DNA of 64,000 nt from Phoronis australis. Taxonomy: Eukaryota > Animalia > Phoronida. The notes below the pieces were generated by a model. The model saw only the letters and a list, made by a program, of their open reading frames with translations, was not told the DNA's origin and did not search any database. The stretch is taken from assembly GCA_002633005.1 (NCBI GenBank), contig NMRA01000487.1, forward strand, positions 1 through 64,000, in the 5' to 3' direction. A program made the translations under genes and the position numbers. Positions 11,601-24,900 of this stretch are shown piece after piece; position 1 is the stretch's first letter, and each line of letters opens with the position of its first letter.

Positions 11601-12245
11601 ATGGCGACGCAAGCAAAGAGGCTGAGTACGGAGTCTTTGGCGCAGCATAATCTACAAAGCAGCTCAACACACCTCCGTGTTTTAGAAGGAGAGAAACGGG
11701 AAAAATCCAACTCAATGTTGCACGTGGACAAAAAGAGCGACCAGGGGAGCGGTTCACAAATTTTGCCACTAAGCTTGTTTGCGGGTCGAAAGAGAAACGC
11801 CGTCATGAAATGGAAAATGGGGGGGAAATCGGGTTCAACCATAGGAGGACAGACTTCGAACTCTCTTTCGTTGCCAAGTGGATTTGTAATGGAGAATACC
11901 TACAGACTGATGCCAGATGAAAAATCAAAATTTTCTTCGGCTAAAGTTAAGAAAATCACTGACGCGATCCTGAAGTCGCGTTTAGAGAACGTTGAATACG
12001 ATTCAAGTCAGTGTAGTATCTTGTGCCGTCAGCTAACAGACGAGATTAAAGTTCAAGTGAAGAGTCTACAATTCAAACGATATAAAATCGTAGTAAATGT
12101 GGTCATCGGCGAAAGACTGGACCAGTCTTTAGAATACGCTGGAAAATGTCTATGGAGCGCCGATACGGACAGCTATTCAACAACGACATTTCACAACCAG
12201 ACGTTATTTGCCATCGCTACTGTTTATGGAACGTATTATGAGTGA
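11601..12245 (+). CDS. Tctex-1 domain dynein light chain (TCTEX1D1/DYNLT5-like), single coding exon, 214 aa
   Basis: Contains MENTYRLMP...F...V..I...L...LENVEYD...L..EIK..VK.L.FKRYKIVVNVVIGE...Q......KCLWSADTDSY....F.N..LFAIATVYGTYYE, the Tctex-1 signature with the typical YE terminus. Acceptor TTTTATTTCAG at 11562. Confidence 0.93.
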   Translation: MATQAKRLSTESLAQHNLQSSSTHLRVLEGEKREKSNSMLHVDKKSDQGSGSQILPLSLFAGRKRNAVMKWKMGGKSGSTIGGQTSNSLSLPSGFVMENTYRLMPDEKSKFSSAKVKKITDAILKSRLENVEYDSSQCSILCRQLTDEIKVQVKSLQFKRYKIVVNVVIGERLDQSLEYAGKCLWSADTDSYSTTTFHNQTLFAIATVYGTYYE

Positions 12246-13301
12246 AGTGCGCTATTAAGACATCGGTCACTTTAAAGATAGGATAATAGGATCAATTACG
12301 ATGCCAAGATTGCACGGAATTCTGAACTGAAATGTCAAATGTTATTGTTGTGCACCGTGGGCAACTTAAATTGACCATCAGTTAGGTCTACGGCATCTTA
12401 CGCATCTGACTACTGGATCTAAAACACGTTTATGCTATTCAACGACCTGTTTTAACTAGTAATAATTAGATATTTGTCTGTGGGCATGTTTCACCTTTTC
12501 TCGTGTTTTATTTCACTTGGAAATATGACTGATATCTTGACGCCGTAAAGGGTTCAATATAATCTAATTTCGAATCCTATCTTGACGTTAGATTTCATTT
12601 CTGATGAATGTCTTACTGGTGTTAGGGCAATCCGCCTCTTTGTTTAAAAAAAGTTAACGTCTTTGATTTACTTCACTTACTTGCCTACCACTGGTCCCGG
12701 ATTGTCTCATTCACAGAATGATACAACTGATTTTTGGGCTTTGGAAGAGCTGGGAGGTCGCTGTTGCTTGATATCAAGCAATAGCCAGGCCAAGCCAACT
12801 TAATGAGATTAGCCTCAAGCAATAACGAACTATTTGATTCTTTACGAAGTCTATTAGAAACCATTTCTTTGAATAAGAGAAATTACTGACCAATTTTGTT
12901 AGTGCCCCAGTGAAATTGTAATCTTTGTATTGACAAGCGATGAGTTTCGCATGGTCTAGTGGTTTTAAAAGTGAATGAGTGACGATCACTTTAACCAGTC
13001 GTCTTATAAATGAAACGCTTTTGCTCCACATGACGAGTAGGCTTAGCTTACAAGGAGTTTCTGATGATACTTAGCCCCAGGAAATGGAAAAGTGGATATT
13101 TTTTACCTTTCCCAAAAGTCAACCCGAGCGTACTTTCACAAGCGCAGGGGTTATAGACGAAAAATGCGCAACATTATAGGTCGTGATGGGTGTCCAAGTG
13201 TCAAATTATCTAAACGACATGGTGACTGATTGATTTGATGACTGAGGGTCTAATCGATGCGTGCCATAGACTATAGTCTATGATGGGTGCACATTCCAGA
13301 G

Positions 13302-13459
13302 CCCAGGGTAGAAATAAGTAACGCTAGGACCTACGCTAGGATCTCGCTAAAATCTAGCCAAAATCACTTGTTCTCATTTGAAATACACGGCAATATCTCA
13401 CGTAAACTCGCGAAGTCTTGCTTTTTATAGAAGTCCTGGCGTTATTGAACTCTACCCAG
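13302..13459 (+). mobile_element. ~150 bp MITE family member (other copies at ~20206-20332 inverted and 50633-50777)
   Basis: Shared core ACGCTAGGACCT...GCTAAAAYCTAGYCAAAWTCAC...AAATRCACGGCAATATCTCACGTAA.CTCGCGAAGTCTTGCT with imperfect inverted ends (GGGTAGA...TAACGC / GCGTTATTGAACTCTACCC). Confidence 0.75.
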
Positions 13460-15530
13460 TCCGACGTATCCAATCCGGAATCGACCAAATGGTATTAAGC
13501 AGGCGATCGTCTGCTCGAAAAGCTGGCAGATGATGTTAAATAGACCAATGAGCTAAATACAGCCCATCGACTTTTCACATTTATGGCAAGATATGTCGAT
13601 AGTTCTGTTTAGACCAAAATTTCTCCATATTATTCACTATTTTAATACTGATTTTAACATCTCAAACATGTTAAAACTTTATCTTCTTGAAATCTCATTT
13701 CTTATACTCTAGATTCGCAATCGGAAAATCACAAAAATCTTCAGCAATCAAGAAGTAAGGAGATGTTTCGTACTCCTATGGCTTTGTTGTCAAATTCGGG
13801 TTCTGCTGATTCTGCTGTTCCATGGGTCATAACGTCAGTTGTGCATCTAGATACAGAATCTAGTTCACATCGGCGACAACTCAAGCATAAAAAGTTATTA
13901 TCTGCAAAGTACTGGGGCGATGACAACAGTGAATCTCTACTATTTGGGTTTATGTATTCGAAGGAGCGGTTTGTACAAGGAAAAGCAACAGTGTGGCGTC
14001 GGAAACGCAATTTAGAAGTCCAGCTCGGAGGTGAACGTGCCGAGCTCGGGGGTGCAGGGGGTCATTTTCCAACTCACCTACATCTGTAACACCGCTGCAG
14101 CTTTGAGTTATCTAGATACGACCAAAAAAAAAACAAAGGTAGTTCTGGTCTTTACCCCACTCATTTTGACACCTGCGCTCACTGACTAAAAAATGAAACA
14201 TCAGTCTGGATCGATTTCAGCCGAGGTTCCGTGCTTGCTTTGTGTTTTTTTTTTTTTTTTTTTGAAAATTACACAAAGATACGAAAGCAATTGTAATCAA
14301 GGTTTCAAACGCCATGATATACCAAGCGATGAGTACGCCTAAAAAGACCGTTGGCATTTTTGTTCGTCTCAGCTGGATTTTATTTTTGAAAAGTTGAGCA
14401 ACTAAAAATACCGAACCACTCACTAGATTTTCAAAAAAAAACACAGTCCACAACCAATGGTGCTTTCCTGGACTAATAGCATTACTACAGGTAGATGAGC
14501 TGAAATTCAAATACACCTTGTTTCATTGTTTATTTCCTTCCTCTAATACACTTTTTACTTTATCATTTCACGAATTTATACATATAATTTATTTCTTGCC
14601 GTTGAAGAACCAGGATTAGTGCTAGGCCCAGCACAGGAGACGGCGCGATGAAATTAACAAAAAAAAAATTAATGAAGCTTACGGTAGAATCAACCGCTAC
14701 AGCTAAACGAAAACTACGGTAAAAATCCATGATCTATTAAATCAGTTGCCAGAGCTTTCGCATGATTTAACAAATAGGGAGACCGCACTGTTACCATTTA
14801 TCTTATAAAGTAATTTTGTCTCGGAGGAAAAAGTCCACTTTCAGTGTTTGTAAGTTTGATTTTAATTATACGGCTTAAAAGATGCTAAACTCTGTTCAGT
14901 TAAACAATAGAATTTAACAATCATTTGATCACTTGAAGTTTTCATTGCGTGCGACTTACGCTTTCATTGGGCGAGTTCATCGTCGATAACTAAGGGTAAA
15001 CCTACGAACATCGAACTGACAGGATCGATTTTGTGATGCGCTGAAGGAACTATGCTGTAACTCGGAATAATGCTTTTATCGCCCAAGGAGGTTTTTAAAG
15101 GGCCACGGAGGACAGGCGACAGAGCTGCTTTTAGGCGAAATTACCACAACGGGTTTATCATTCTTTTAAACCTTCCTTATATCTTATAAAAATGGTGCAG
15201 TGAATATCGGGATGCTACGATAGGTGTGAATAAAGTATTCAAATCATGAGCCGCAAAACAGGTCATGATACATTGAGCGTAGCGTAAATTATTCAGCGTA
15301 TTAAAATAACATTATTTATGAATGAACCAAGGGTAGGTGGTACACACGGCAACTAATCACTATAAACGAGACGACATGTACGAGTTTGCCATATCAAAGT
15401 CAGTGTTCATCTTAAAGTAGGTGAGCGTTGCGTAGCGGTGCGAGCTTCTTACGAGATTGGTGAGAACATGCACGCCGCACCAAAGTCAAGGGTCTGAGTG
15501 CTGGCGAGTACCCTTGAAATCTTACTTATA

Positions 15531-16640
15531 ATAGTAGTAGTAGTAATACACTTTATTCACATTGAGACAAAAAATACACTTGATACAGATTTACGCTTAT
15601 GGAGACTCCGAAGGACCCGAAAGGTGCGCTGACCACGGGGCCACCAGAGAATAAAAAAATACAGTGTTACAGATAGTCAGAATTACAAAAATTAGGTGAT
15701 TATGTTATTTAAAACTACTTGTGAAAAGACTAGGAGAGATTATCGAAGATAGTTACATACAAATCAGTTGGGAATAGTGCACTCAAGTTCATAACTTTCA
15801 AAACAAACATTTTTAAAATAATTTATAACAGAGGATAACGAATGGGTAAACAGTTTTTGGGAGACACTTTCAGGAAGGTTATTAATTATATGAGGTAGGG
15901 CATTTCGAACTGAATCTTCAGCAAATTATTTAGTACAACGGAAAGTTTGCAGAAGATATCGTCGTCTAGTGTTATATTCATGAACAGACCCACGGGTAAT
16001 TAAAGTGAACGTGTTGAAAAATGAAGGTAAGTAATTATGAACATATCTGTAGAAAATTTAATAATAGCAAAAACATACAAGTCCTTAAATTTGAGAATCT
16101 GTGTAGTCTTAAATAAAGGATCTGCATGGGCATTAAAATGACTAGAGGTAATATTGCGAATAACCTTTTCTGTAATTTGAATATTCTATTATGTTCACAC
16201 CCCCATAGCAGAATGCCATAATTAAAATGAGGAAGGACAAGACCATTATATACAGTTTTCAAAGTTTCAAAGGGCAAGAAATGTTTTAGGTTATTAAGAA
16301 CACCACAGAATCTGCTTATCTTTCTCAACAAATTGTTTATATGTGGACTCCATAACAAGTTTTCGTTGATGGTAACACCAAGTAAATTGAAAGAACGAAC
16401 CAGTTCAATTTCCAAGCTAATAAACTTTAAATAAAAATCATCAATACATTTTGGGGGTTTATGAAAAACCATAATTTTGTTTTAGTTGCATTTAAAACCA
16501 GTCCATTACATTTAACCAAGACTGAATTTTCTCCAGCTCCGCACAAAACATACGTGACTCATTTACAGACAAGGTCCTATGAATACCATTAATAATAGTA
16601 GTATCATCAGCATAAAGTATGCAGTCAAAGAAACTTGTGC
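15531..16640 (-). mobile_element. 5'-truncated, decayed non-LTR retrotransposon (CR1/L2-like reverse transcriptase C-terminus)
   Basis: Minus strand encodes FDCILYADDTT (RT YADD) followed by FNLLGVTINENLLWSPHI...LVLPHFNYGILLWG, with frameshifts and stops. The 3' end has AATAAA plus a (TAC)n tail, and a 7-bp direct repeat ACTTATA flanks it at 15524-15530 and 16641-16647. Confidence 0.88.
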
Positions 16641-18208
16641 ACTTATATTAACAACTAAACTGCCTCTTAATCTGATTCACGATTTCTGTTCCATGAACCC
16701 ATATTTCTCGCCATGAGGAGTGCCCTGTGCTACGGAATGTGCCCAGTGAAGTGAAGGCAACGTAAGAGTAATGCGCGTATTTGTTGCTTCATTGCGTTCG
16801 GAATTTCCTTAAAAACGCGCTACATAGTTAATAACAAACGCCAAATTGTGCACTCGCATTAAGTACATCAATTACAATATTCATACAGAAAATAGCAAAC
16901 GCCAGTGAACATACGAGCGTGAATTGCGTTTCTTTGCAGTGAAATTTAACTAAAATGAACATTTCTAACTCATGAGTCTGGTCCGTTCTGACGTGATTTC
17001 TCTCCCGTTGGTCCTTACCTTGCATAAAACCACACACTTATATTGTAATAACAATTGCATTCACTCTGCTCAATGCCTTCTTTACAAACTGAATCACGTG
17101 ACCACATATTAGATTTCACCCCTTTTGTTACGCAGCGACGGGTACGCTTGCACCGAACATCGTCACAGATGCCAACCAGCGTCGCCATCATGTAATCATT
17201 CGTATACAAGGTAAGGGGTCAAGAACAGATTTGGAGGTAATGTAAAGGATAAAACAATAGTTCCTTGACATATTGTGCCTGTAAAGCACTTTAGGTAAAG
17301 AGAGCTTGATGTCGGACAGGTCAATACTGAAACTGCTGTGTTACGTGATCTTAGTGTTCACGATTTCCTCATTCGTTTCTGTTGCCACAAACTATTTACC
17401 ACTACATCTGTCTTTGCGGTGTAATATTATAGGAAACATGATCGGTAACTGAGTGTTATTGGCAGGTTCTAATACTCCACACTTCAGTGACCAAGTACAG
17501 CCTATGGAACTGAACTTACAACAATGACACAGCAGTTGGAAAATTCATCATTGGCATCTTTCTGCTTTACTAGCCTACCATCATGTTAGCAGTTGTGTAT
17601 TGTAGGCCTGGAATTAGTAGCATTGTTTCTGGCGTTTTGACAAATATCCGAGTACAACTTCGGCTGCTGAATCTTGTTGGCACAATTCATAACGAATAAA
17701 AACAAACATTTACAACACGGAGTTATAGATCGTTCTGATGGTGGCCGGCTGAATGTAACATAAGGATGTAAAATTTCTCCCTGTGTTCATGCTAAGAGGT
17801 GCAAGTTTTCGAATACGTTATTTAATGCCGCAAAAATGCATCCCGTCGAAGAAACTAACTTTTGGTTTGGACCACATGTCGCTATAAGATTGATCTCAAC
17901 CTGATCCTTACTTACTCGAGAAATGAGTGATTGTTGGTCTTGTGAACTCGAGACCATGCATGATCGATGCGACGTGACAAGTCAACTTTGGATATTCCCA
18001 AGCATTAACACACTGTCCAAGCTCAGATATAACACCTATATTGACTGAGAAACAATTTGAAACCTTTTTTATGCCCATAAATAGTCTATCAACAGGGAGG
18101 GTGTTATCCCGAGACTCCATAAGTAGGTGCACTCCCTGTCCTTCCTTTCAACGACAATGACCTGAATCGCAATTTTGAAGATATTGCGCGCTCCGCTTCG
18201 GACCTGTA

Positions 18209-18267
18209 GCCCTACGTATAATGATTGCCAAATCCGCCCTACGTATAATGATTGTCAAATCCGCCCA
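18209..18267. repeat. 27-bp tandem duplication (2 copies)
   Basis: CCCTACGTATAATGATTGCCAAATCCG followed by CCCTACGTATAATGATTGTCAAATCCG. Confidence 0.85.
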
Positions 18268-18975
18268 ACGAAATCAGTGCATTATGTTTTACAGGGGCCA
18301 TAGGCCTATCCTCAAACCCAATAACGAAATCATCTGTGAGTTCTTTTCCTCGCTGGTTCCCTGCGTGCCGCTAGGTGGGGCGGTAGCCGCGGCTGGCTGG
18401 GCTAAGCACGCAGGGAATCAGCGAGAGTTCTTTCCAAGCCCTGGAGGAAAAAGATACATGAGGATAAATGGCCTTATGAGTCAAATATTAGGGTTTTTTG
18501 ACAGAAGGCTAGTTTATAACATCTTTAAGCTTCGTTTCACCGTATTTAGCAAACCAAAAATATAAATCGTATAAGACCTTTTACTTTCATTAGAACCAGT
18601 CTCATAATATTCCTCATCTCGATAAGTCTCTATTTTCGTTGCCAACAAGATCATAGAAACCACAAGAGACTAAGAAAACGCTTCAGAGTTTATTGTGTTC
18701 GACCATAAAACTCTGAAATTGAGAATTCGATATCGGCGCATGTACGCGTTCTCTATGACTTCAGTTGCCGGCTCTTCTGGCGATAATTAAGATCGAATGA
18801 GTGTGGTAATGTTTTTAAATTTCAAATCACTTCGGTTAAGAATTCAACATTTACCCTAAACAGGATGAAATGCAACTTCAATTAATCTGATTTTATTCAC
18901 GTTTTACTGTGAATTATAATTGTAGTTCCTGGTTGTTTCAGTCATTTTGTTACGCAAAGCGATATTAGAACGATT

Positions 18976-21900
18976 ATGACAGCTGCAGAAAAATGGGGCA
19001 TCGCGATGGTGTTGGCTGTTGTCATGGCCGCTACAGAGGCAGCAGACGGCATTGTCACCCTAAAGCGACCCCTTCCGACAGAAGACTTTACCCACACGGC
19101 GGCTGTGGACGAGTTTGATAGATTCCACTTGTATTGGAAGTTCGATGACACTACTATAACTTTCGAAATTCATGCCAAAACCCTCGGTTGGGTAGGGCTG
19201 GGATTCTCGCCAAACGGAGGAATGTTAGGCTCCGATATATTCATGGCTTGGGTGAAAGACGGCAAAGCTTTTGGACAGGTAAGGTGTCAATTTGTCTCGA
19301 TCTGAACCGACGTATTGGGATAAAAGCCGTATGAATAAGGAGTTATGTCAAGGTCTGTTATTTGCTCGTTTTCAGAGAGGCGTGGTCAGCTAGCTGTGCA
19401 GACCCAATGGGGACTCGGCTATGCTGCCTTTGTGCAAACACTGGTTGACCTCTTCTACCATTTTATCTTCTTTAATTTTTACACACAACGAGACTGAACT
19501 CTTAATTGAATTCTTTACATTCATGACTGAAAATGCACGGGTACCTTTTCATACAACGTCCCAATTTTAAGGTCTGTCCTGATCTATTTTCATTGAAATA
19601 AGGGTCTTCAGACATGTTAATAGAAGATGACACGAATAAAACAGGAGCTCACAAACAAAAAGTGACGGAAAATATAACATTAATGAGAAAACAAAGTGTG
19701 TTAATGCGCTGCAAATTTAGGAAATAGGTGAGTCCAACTGGGACTGGTTCGTTCAACCGGCCACGTCCAAGGGCTGTATCACTCTTTATATCATGCTCAC
19801 GTCTTTTGACATTATATTTTGATACGATATAAATTATTTTTTGAAAAATCCTGTGACTATAGGTAGTATTAAGAAGTTAATAATTTGGTGGGTTTAATAA
19901 GTAAGGGGAATGTGAGTAACTGACAGCAAAGCGAATTCAACAAACTTTTTAAGACCAAGCTTGATGAAATCTTTGATAGCCAAATCAGTATGTATCACCC
20001 AATTATTCCCAAGAGTTTTGAATACCGTTTCAGGACCGGTACGCGGAAGTTGATAAATCACAACCGCTCATCGATCAACATCAAGATTGGAAACTTTTGA
20101 TGGGAAAAGAGGAACTGGGTTACACAGTAATCAAAGTGACCCGGAAACGGAACACGTGTGACAAACAGGACTTCATAATCACGGTAAGTGTGTAATTAGT
20201 TTTATCCAGGGTAGAGCTCACCGTTCAGCCCAATAACGCTAGTGTAACGAGGTTCCGCGAGATATCTCCGTGTATTTTCAGTGAGAGCACGGATTTGGCT
20301 AGATTTTTGTTAGTTAATGAACTCGACCTGGGTCCAGATCGAGAGTGGGAGACAGACCCATGGGATTTGGACAACCCATGCTCCTTCATTTGTGTACTGG
20401 AAAAATGAAAGATATGAAGTGGCTTCAATGTCTGTTTAATGTCAGCCCGCTTTATTATGGACCCATACCTCTTGTCACGTAGTCGGCATTGGCAAAATGT
20501 CCCTGCATACCGTGGTTTATGGGATATACGTTTAATTTGTTGTGTCTCGCGTCCTGTGCTACTCAAATGTCCGCATGACCGCTTCTCATAACTAGAACAC
20601 TTGGAGACTACGAAACTTCCTTATGAATGGACACTTTACTGTTGCAAAAAATGGCGTACTTGCGTAGTATTATAGACAGAAGGAATGTCTACAAAAATGA
20701 ATCATTTTTGCTATGTCTGTTATCCCGTTGTCTTTTATACGCCCACATATACATAATTATATGGCTATGGACTCCGACTCCATAGTGTCGTCATCTCTGT
20801 CTGGGCGTCCGCCGTCCGGGCGTCGTGCCCGCAGTGTATCTTCTAATGCCTTTGCAGGATCGTCAGGATTTGACTACCATTGTTCCGCCTAGGAACAACG
20901 TTTACCTCTGCATCTTCGGATATTCATCAATATCCTCTCGTGAATTTCATGCAATGAAGGGCCGACGTACAGGCAACACAGAGAGGTCTAAGCCCTGAAA
21001 AAACAGACTACTTCCTTGGCTGACACCATATAAACCGCGATTGGCGGATACCCATTCGAAATTAGATTTTCCATAAATGTTTTATTCAAGTTACGGGGTA
21101 TATTTTATCTCTCAGATATTGTTTTTGTGTTTCATAATAATTGACATATTTTCGCCCGTACTCAATTGGATCTTTGCCTCTGGAAATGGACCTTGGTGTC
21201 TAATTGATACGCTTTTTCTGGGACCTACGTCGAACATAAATGACATCTCGCATACATTTATTGGTTCCTTTCACAGGATGATACCGCCCGAATGATCTAC
21301 GCCTGGAATGACCAGGACCCATCCGATGAAAATAGCCCCTCGTATCACGGTGCGCAACAACGGGGATCAAAAAGCATGTACTTGATTGAATATGGTGTTC
21401 TAAACGCGCCCTCTGGTGGCTCCGAGACGACCTACACTTGGGATCTTCGTGTCGGCAACGTACGTAAAACATTTGAACACATGTCATAAAGGCGCTAGTA
21501 TGGTTTTGGTAAGAATACTTCCAAATACATTCTATCTCGTTTTCTTTCTGAGTAGACCTTTACGTGTCTTCACTAACCGTTACCTTTTTCACCAAAGTGA
21601 ATCTCTAATTTTCTAGCTTACGCTCCCAGATGACGACACCGTATATTGGTGTAAACTGTTTGAAGTTCCACCTGAGGCGAAAACTAAAAAGATACACGTG
21701 ACAAGAGTAAGTACAATATAAATGCTATAGTAGAGCCTATTCAAGATACTCTTTTCTCGTCATTCCAATCAAAAACTTCATAAAACTGACGGAAACCAGT
21801 TTAAACAAAGCTGATCGCCAACAGATGCACTTTCAAGATGATTTTTAAATCAGCAGGATTTGAAGTTATTAGTTTCTACCAGTGCTACAAAACAATAAAA

Positions 21901-24900
21901 TCCGTCGTGTTTTTGTGATTTTTTTGCAAATCGCCGATTCTCGTGGATGTCTGCCAGACATTCTCTTAAATCAAAGCCGGTGACTTCGCCAGTTTTAATA
22001 AAAACCTTAACAATAATCTGCCATATATCGAGTTGGATTTAGTTTATACAGAAAAGCACTTGACTGCGACCGCGAGGACCCCAGGGTAGCCTCAGAAAAA
22101 GGTTTTCCTCAACTATAATGTCATTTAAGGTGGACGGGCTGATTGATAAGAACAACACTGGTGTCGTCCATCACGTGGTTCTTTACCTGTGTTCAGCGAA
22201 GAACCTCACAGGAATGACATACAATGACAGATGTCGGCAGAAGAATATGCCAGTCGACTTGAGGTATTGTATAAACGTCATGTTTGGTTGGGCTGTCGGC
22301 ATGTTGGACTACAGATACCCGGAAAACGTGGGATTTCCGTTAGGAGCCGAGAACGAGCACTTCCTGATGTTGGAAATGCACTACGACAATCCGACCAGAA
22401 AGGCAGGTTAGTAAGGATTTGATGGAGTATTGTTTGGCAACGACTGATTATTCGAAATGTGTCAGGCTTGGGTCAATATGTACTCCACACTCAAAGTTCT
22501 CGTCAATTTCATCTTCAAGATGTTGGTCAGAAAAAATGATAGCGAAAAAGTGTGGATTTATGTTTGACGTATGTCTCCGTTCTGTAATAGGAATACTTGA
22601 AGCAGTGGTAGGACTAGCCACACTAATGTGGCTTCAACAGGCTTGAGTGACACATTTTTATGTGCCTACGTAAAGTTTGAGAACAAGCTTTCTCTACTGA
22701 ATAACAGGCATCAGCCTGGTTCTCAAAATCCGGTACCCCTGTAAATGACTGTTGCTAACTAAGCTGTGTTAATGTTGTACGACTCGGTCAATCATTGAAT
22801 ACGACGAGTACAAACAGTAGACGACTGAGTGCACAGTTGAATCAACTGTAATTTAATGACGTTTTATTGACAACAGTTGGGCGCTATATGCATTCAACAT
22901 GCACGTGGAAGAGAAAAAGTCGACCGCGGTTCATTTAAATCCACTACATGAGTCCTGAATTTAGCGCGTAGTCATCGCGCATTATGACTCAAGTACTGAA
23001 AAATGAGCCCAAACGATCATTGCACATCTTGCCACCACAAACAAAATAGATGTAAGCTGTGAATTATAAGCGTGTAAACGTACAATTGCAGGCATTGAGG
23101 ATAACTCCGGTTTACGACTGCACTACACATATGACTATCGCCAGTTCGAGGCAGCCACTGCTTTCATTGGAGAAATCATTTACTACCCGCCGATGATCAT
23201 CCCACCAAACGCTAAGAACTTCACCATCGAGTCGTACTGCTCCACTGATTGCACCAAGAATGTAATACCACCTACCGGCATTCACGTGATCTCCAGTTTC
23301 CTACACACTCACCTCCTAGGTAGGTTATCCATTTAAATGGATATAAACGGTTTATTGGACCAAAAACGTATTTGGGAAAGTATTGTTGAATAAGACTTGT
23401 TGAAGCTACAAGGTTTGGACAGAGTTAGAAAATAACAAAATCCTGCGTTTTTGTGATCTCGTTGCGAATCTCCAATTTTCACGCTCACCAAGTCATTCGA
23501 TGAAATCCAGGAGTGTGACAACCAAATTCTGCGCTCCTTATAATGGGGTTTAGATCAACTGGCAAAGCATTGGACTGCGACTGCTGACATCATGAGCTCG
23601 AAACTTCCACTGATGACGTCACTCGAAATTTTCAATCTTCTAATTTTTACGTTAATTATTTCTTGCTTACAAGTACACAAATTGAAGAAGTATCATACTA
23701 AAATTGTTAGTAACCTAATGCAATCGTTTATGACCATGGTTTGAGAGGTTCAACATACTGGGATTTTTACAATGCGATTTAGTTCCACTGACAAAGCGTT
23801 GGACTGTGACCATTGACGTCATGAGTTCGAAACCGTTTTGGGGCTGATTTCAGCAAAATCACTTTTCTCACCGATTGTCGCTTCAAAACGTATGCTCTTC
23901 TGCGCAACGTTTGTTCAATACAAACAAAATTCTTGCTTTCATTCGACATTAAATTAGTGTGAACTAGACTAGGAAAATCATTCAGTCCAATCTTAATGTC
24001 GGAATATAGAAAGTACCTTGACAGGAGATTAGCTACAAGTAACAGGCAATGTAGTGTCAGCGAAACTATAGAATAATTACTGTATTGAGTTGCTGTACAC
24101 ACATTCCAGCTTATACGCTCTCTTTGTCGTAATTAATTGCCATTAAATCTACAGGTCGGAAGGTTCTGACAAGACATATTCGCAATGGAAAAGAGCTTCC
24201 GGAAATTGCTCGAGACGACCACTACGATTTTAATTTTCAACAAAACAGAATTCCAAAGAAACCAGTTGCGATATTACCCGGTGACGAACTCATTACCACC
24301 TGCGTGTACGATTCAACTTCAAGAAAAAATGTCACATACGTGAGTATAACTGTTAATTGGAGTTTATGTGAAATGTGTTGTAGAGCTCAAATTTGATCGC
24401 ATTATCGCGACAATGGCGCGAATTTTATTGCTAGGAGCGCAATTTCCGGTTCACTCGCGGACACAAATTTCTCAGTTCACGCGCGTTCATCAAGTGCACA
24501 TCTCTGTTGACTCCCTTAAGTTCATGTCACCAGGAAGACAAGACGGTTCCCACGCGTTCCACACACATTTTTCTAGTTTACCGGTAGATGGAGTCTTTGG
24601 TCACATGATTCCTTCTAAGTTTTAACTATGTGTATTGCTATTGTTAAAAATAATAACGGAGAAAACAAAGATGCGAAAATTAATCAATCACAATTACTTC
24701 TGGAACTTATTATAAAACAATTTCTCGACGGAGAATATAAAACGACTTTGGACATGTTTGGGTTGCTCTGTTGTTTTTTCCTCCGGCTAGAAATGTACCC
24801 AGACGTTTAGCATAGACATTCTTTAGTGATGAGAACAGAGAAGAACGTAGCTACATTTCTCTAAATGTTCACTTTGGGAACCTTAAAATGATTAAGTGAC

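Noticed and set aside
13741-14089. Overlapping 89-108 aa ORFs on both strands
   Set aside because: No domain signature and no compatible exon chain found.
17015-17209. Cys-rich 64-aa ORF
   Set aside because: No signal peptide or known Cys spacing; better explained as promoter/UTR sequence.
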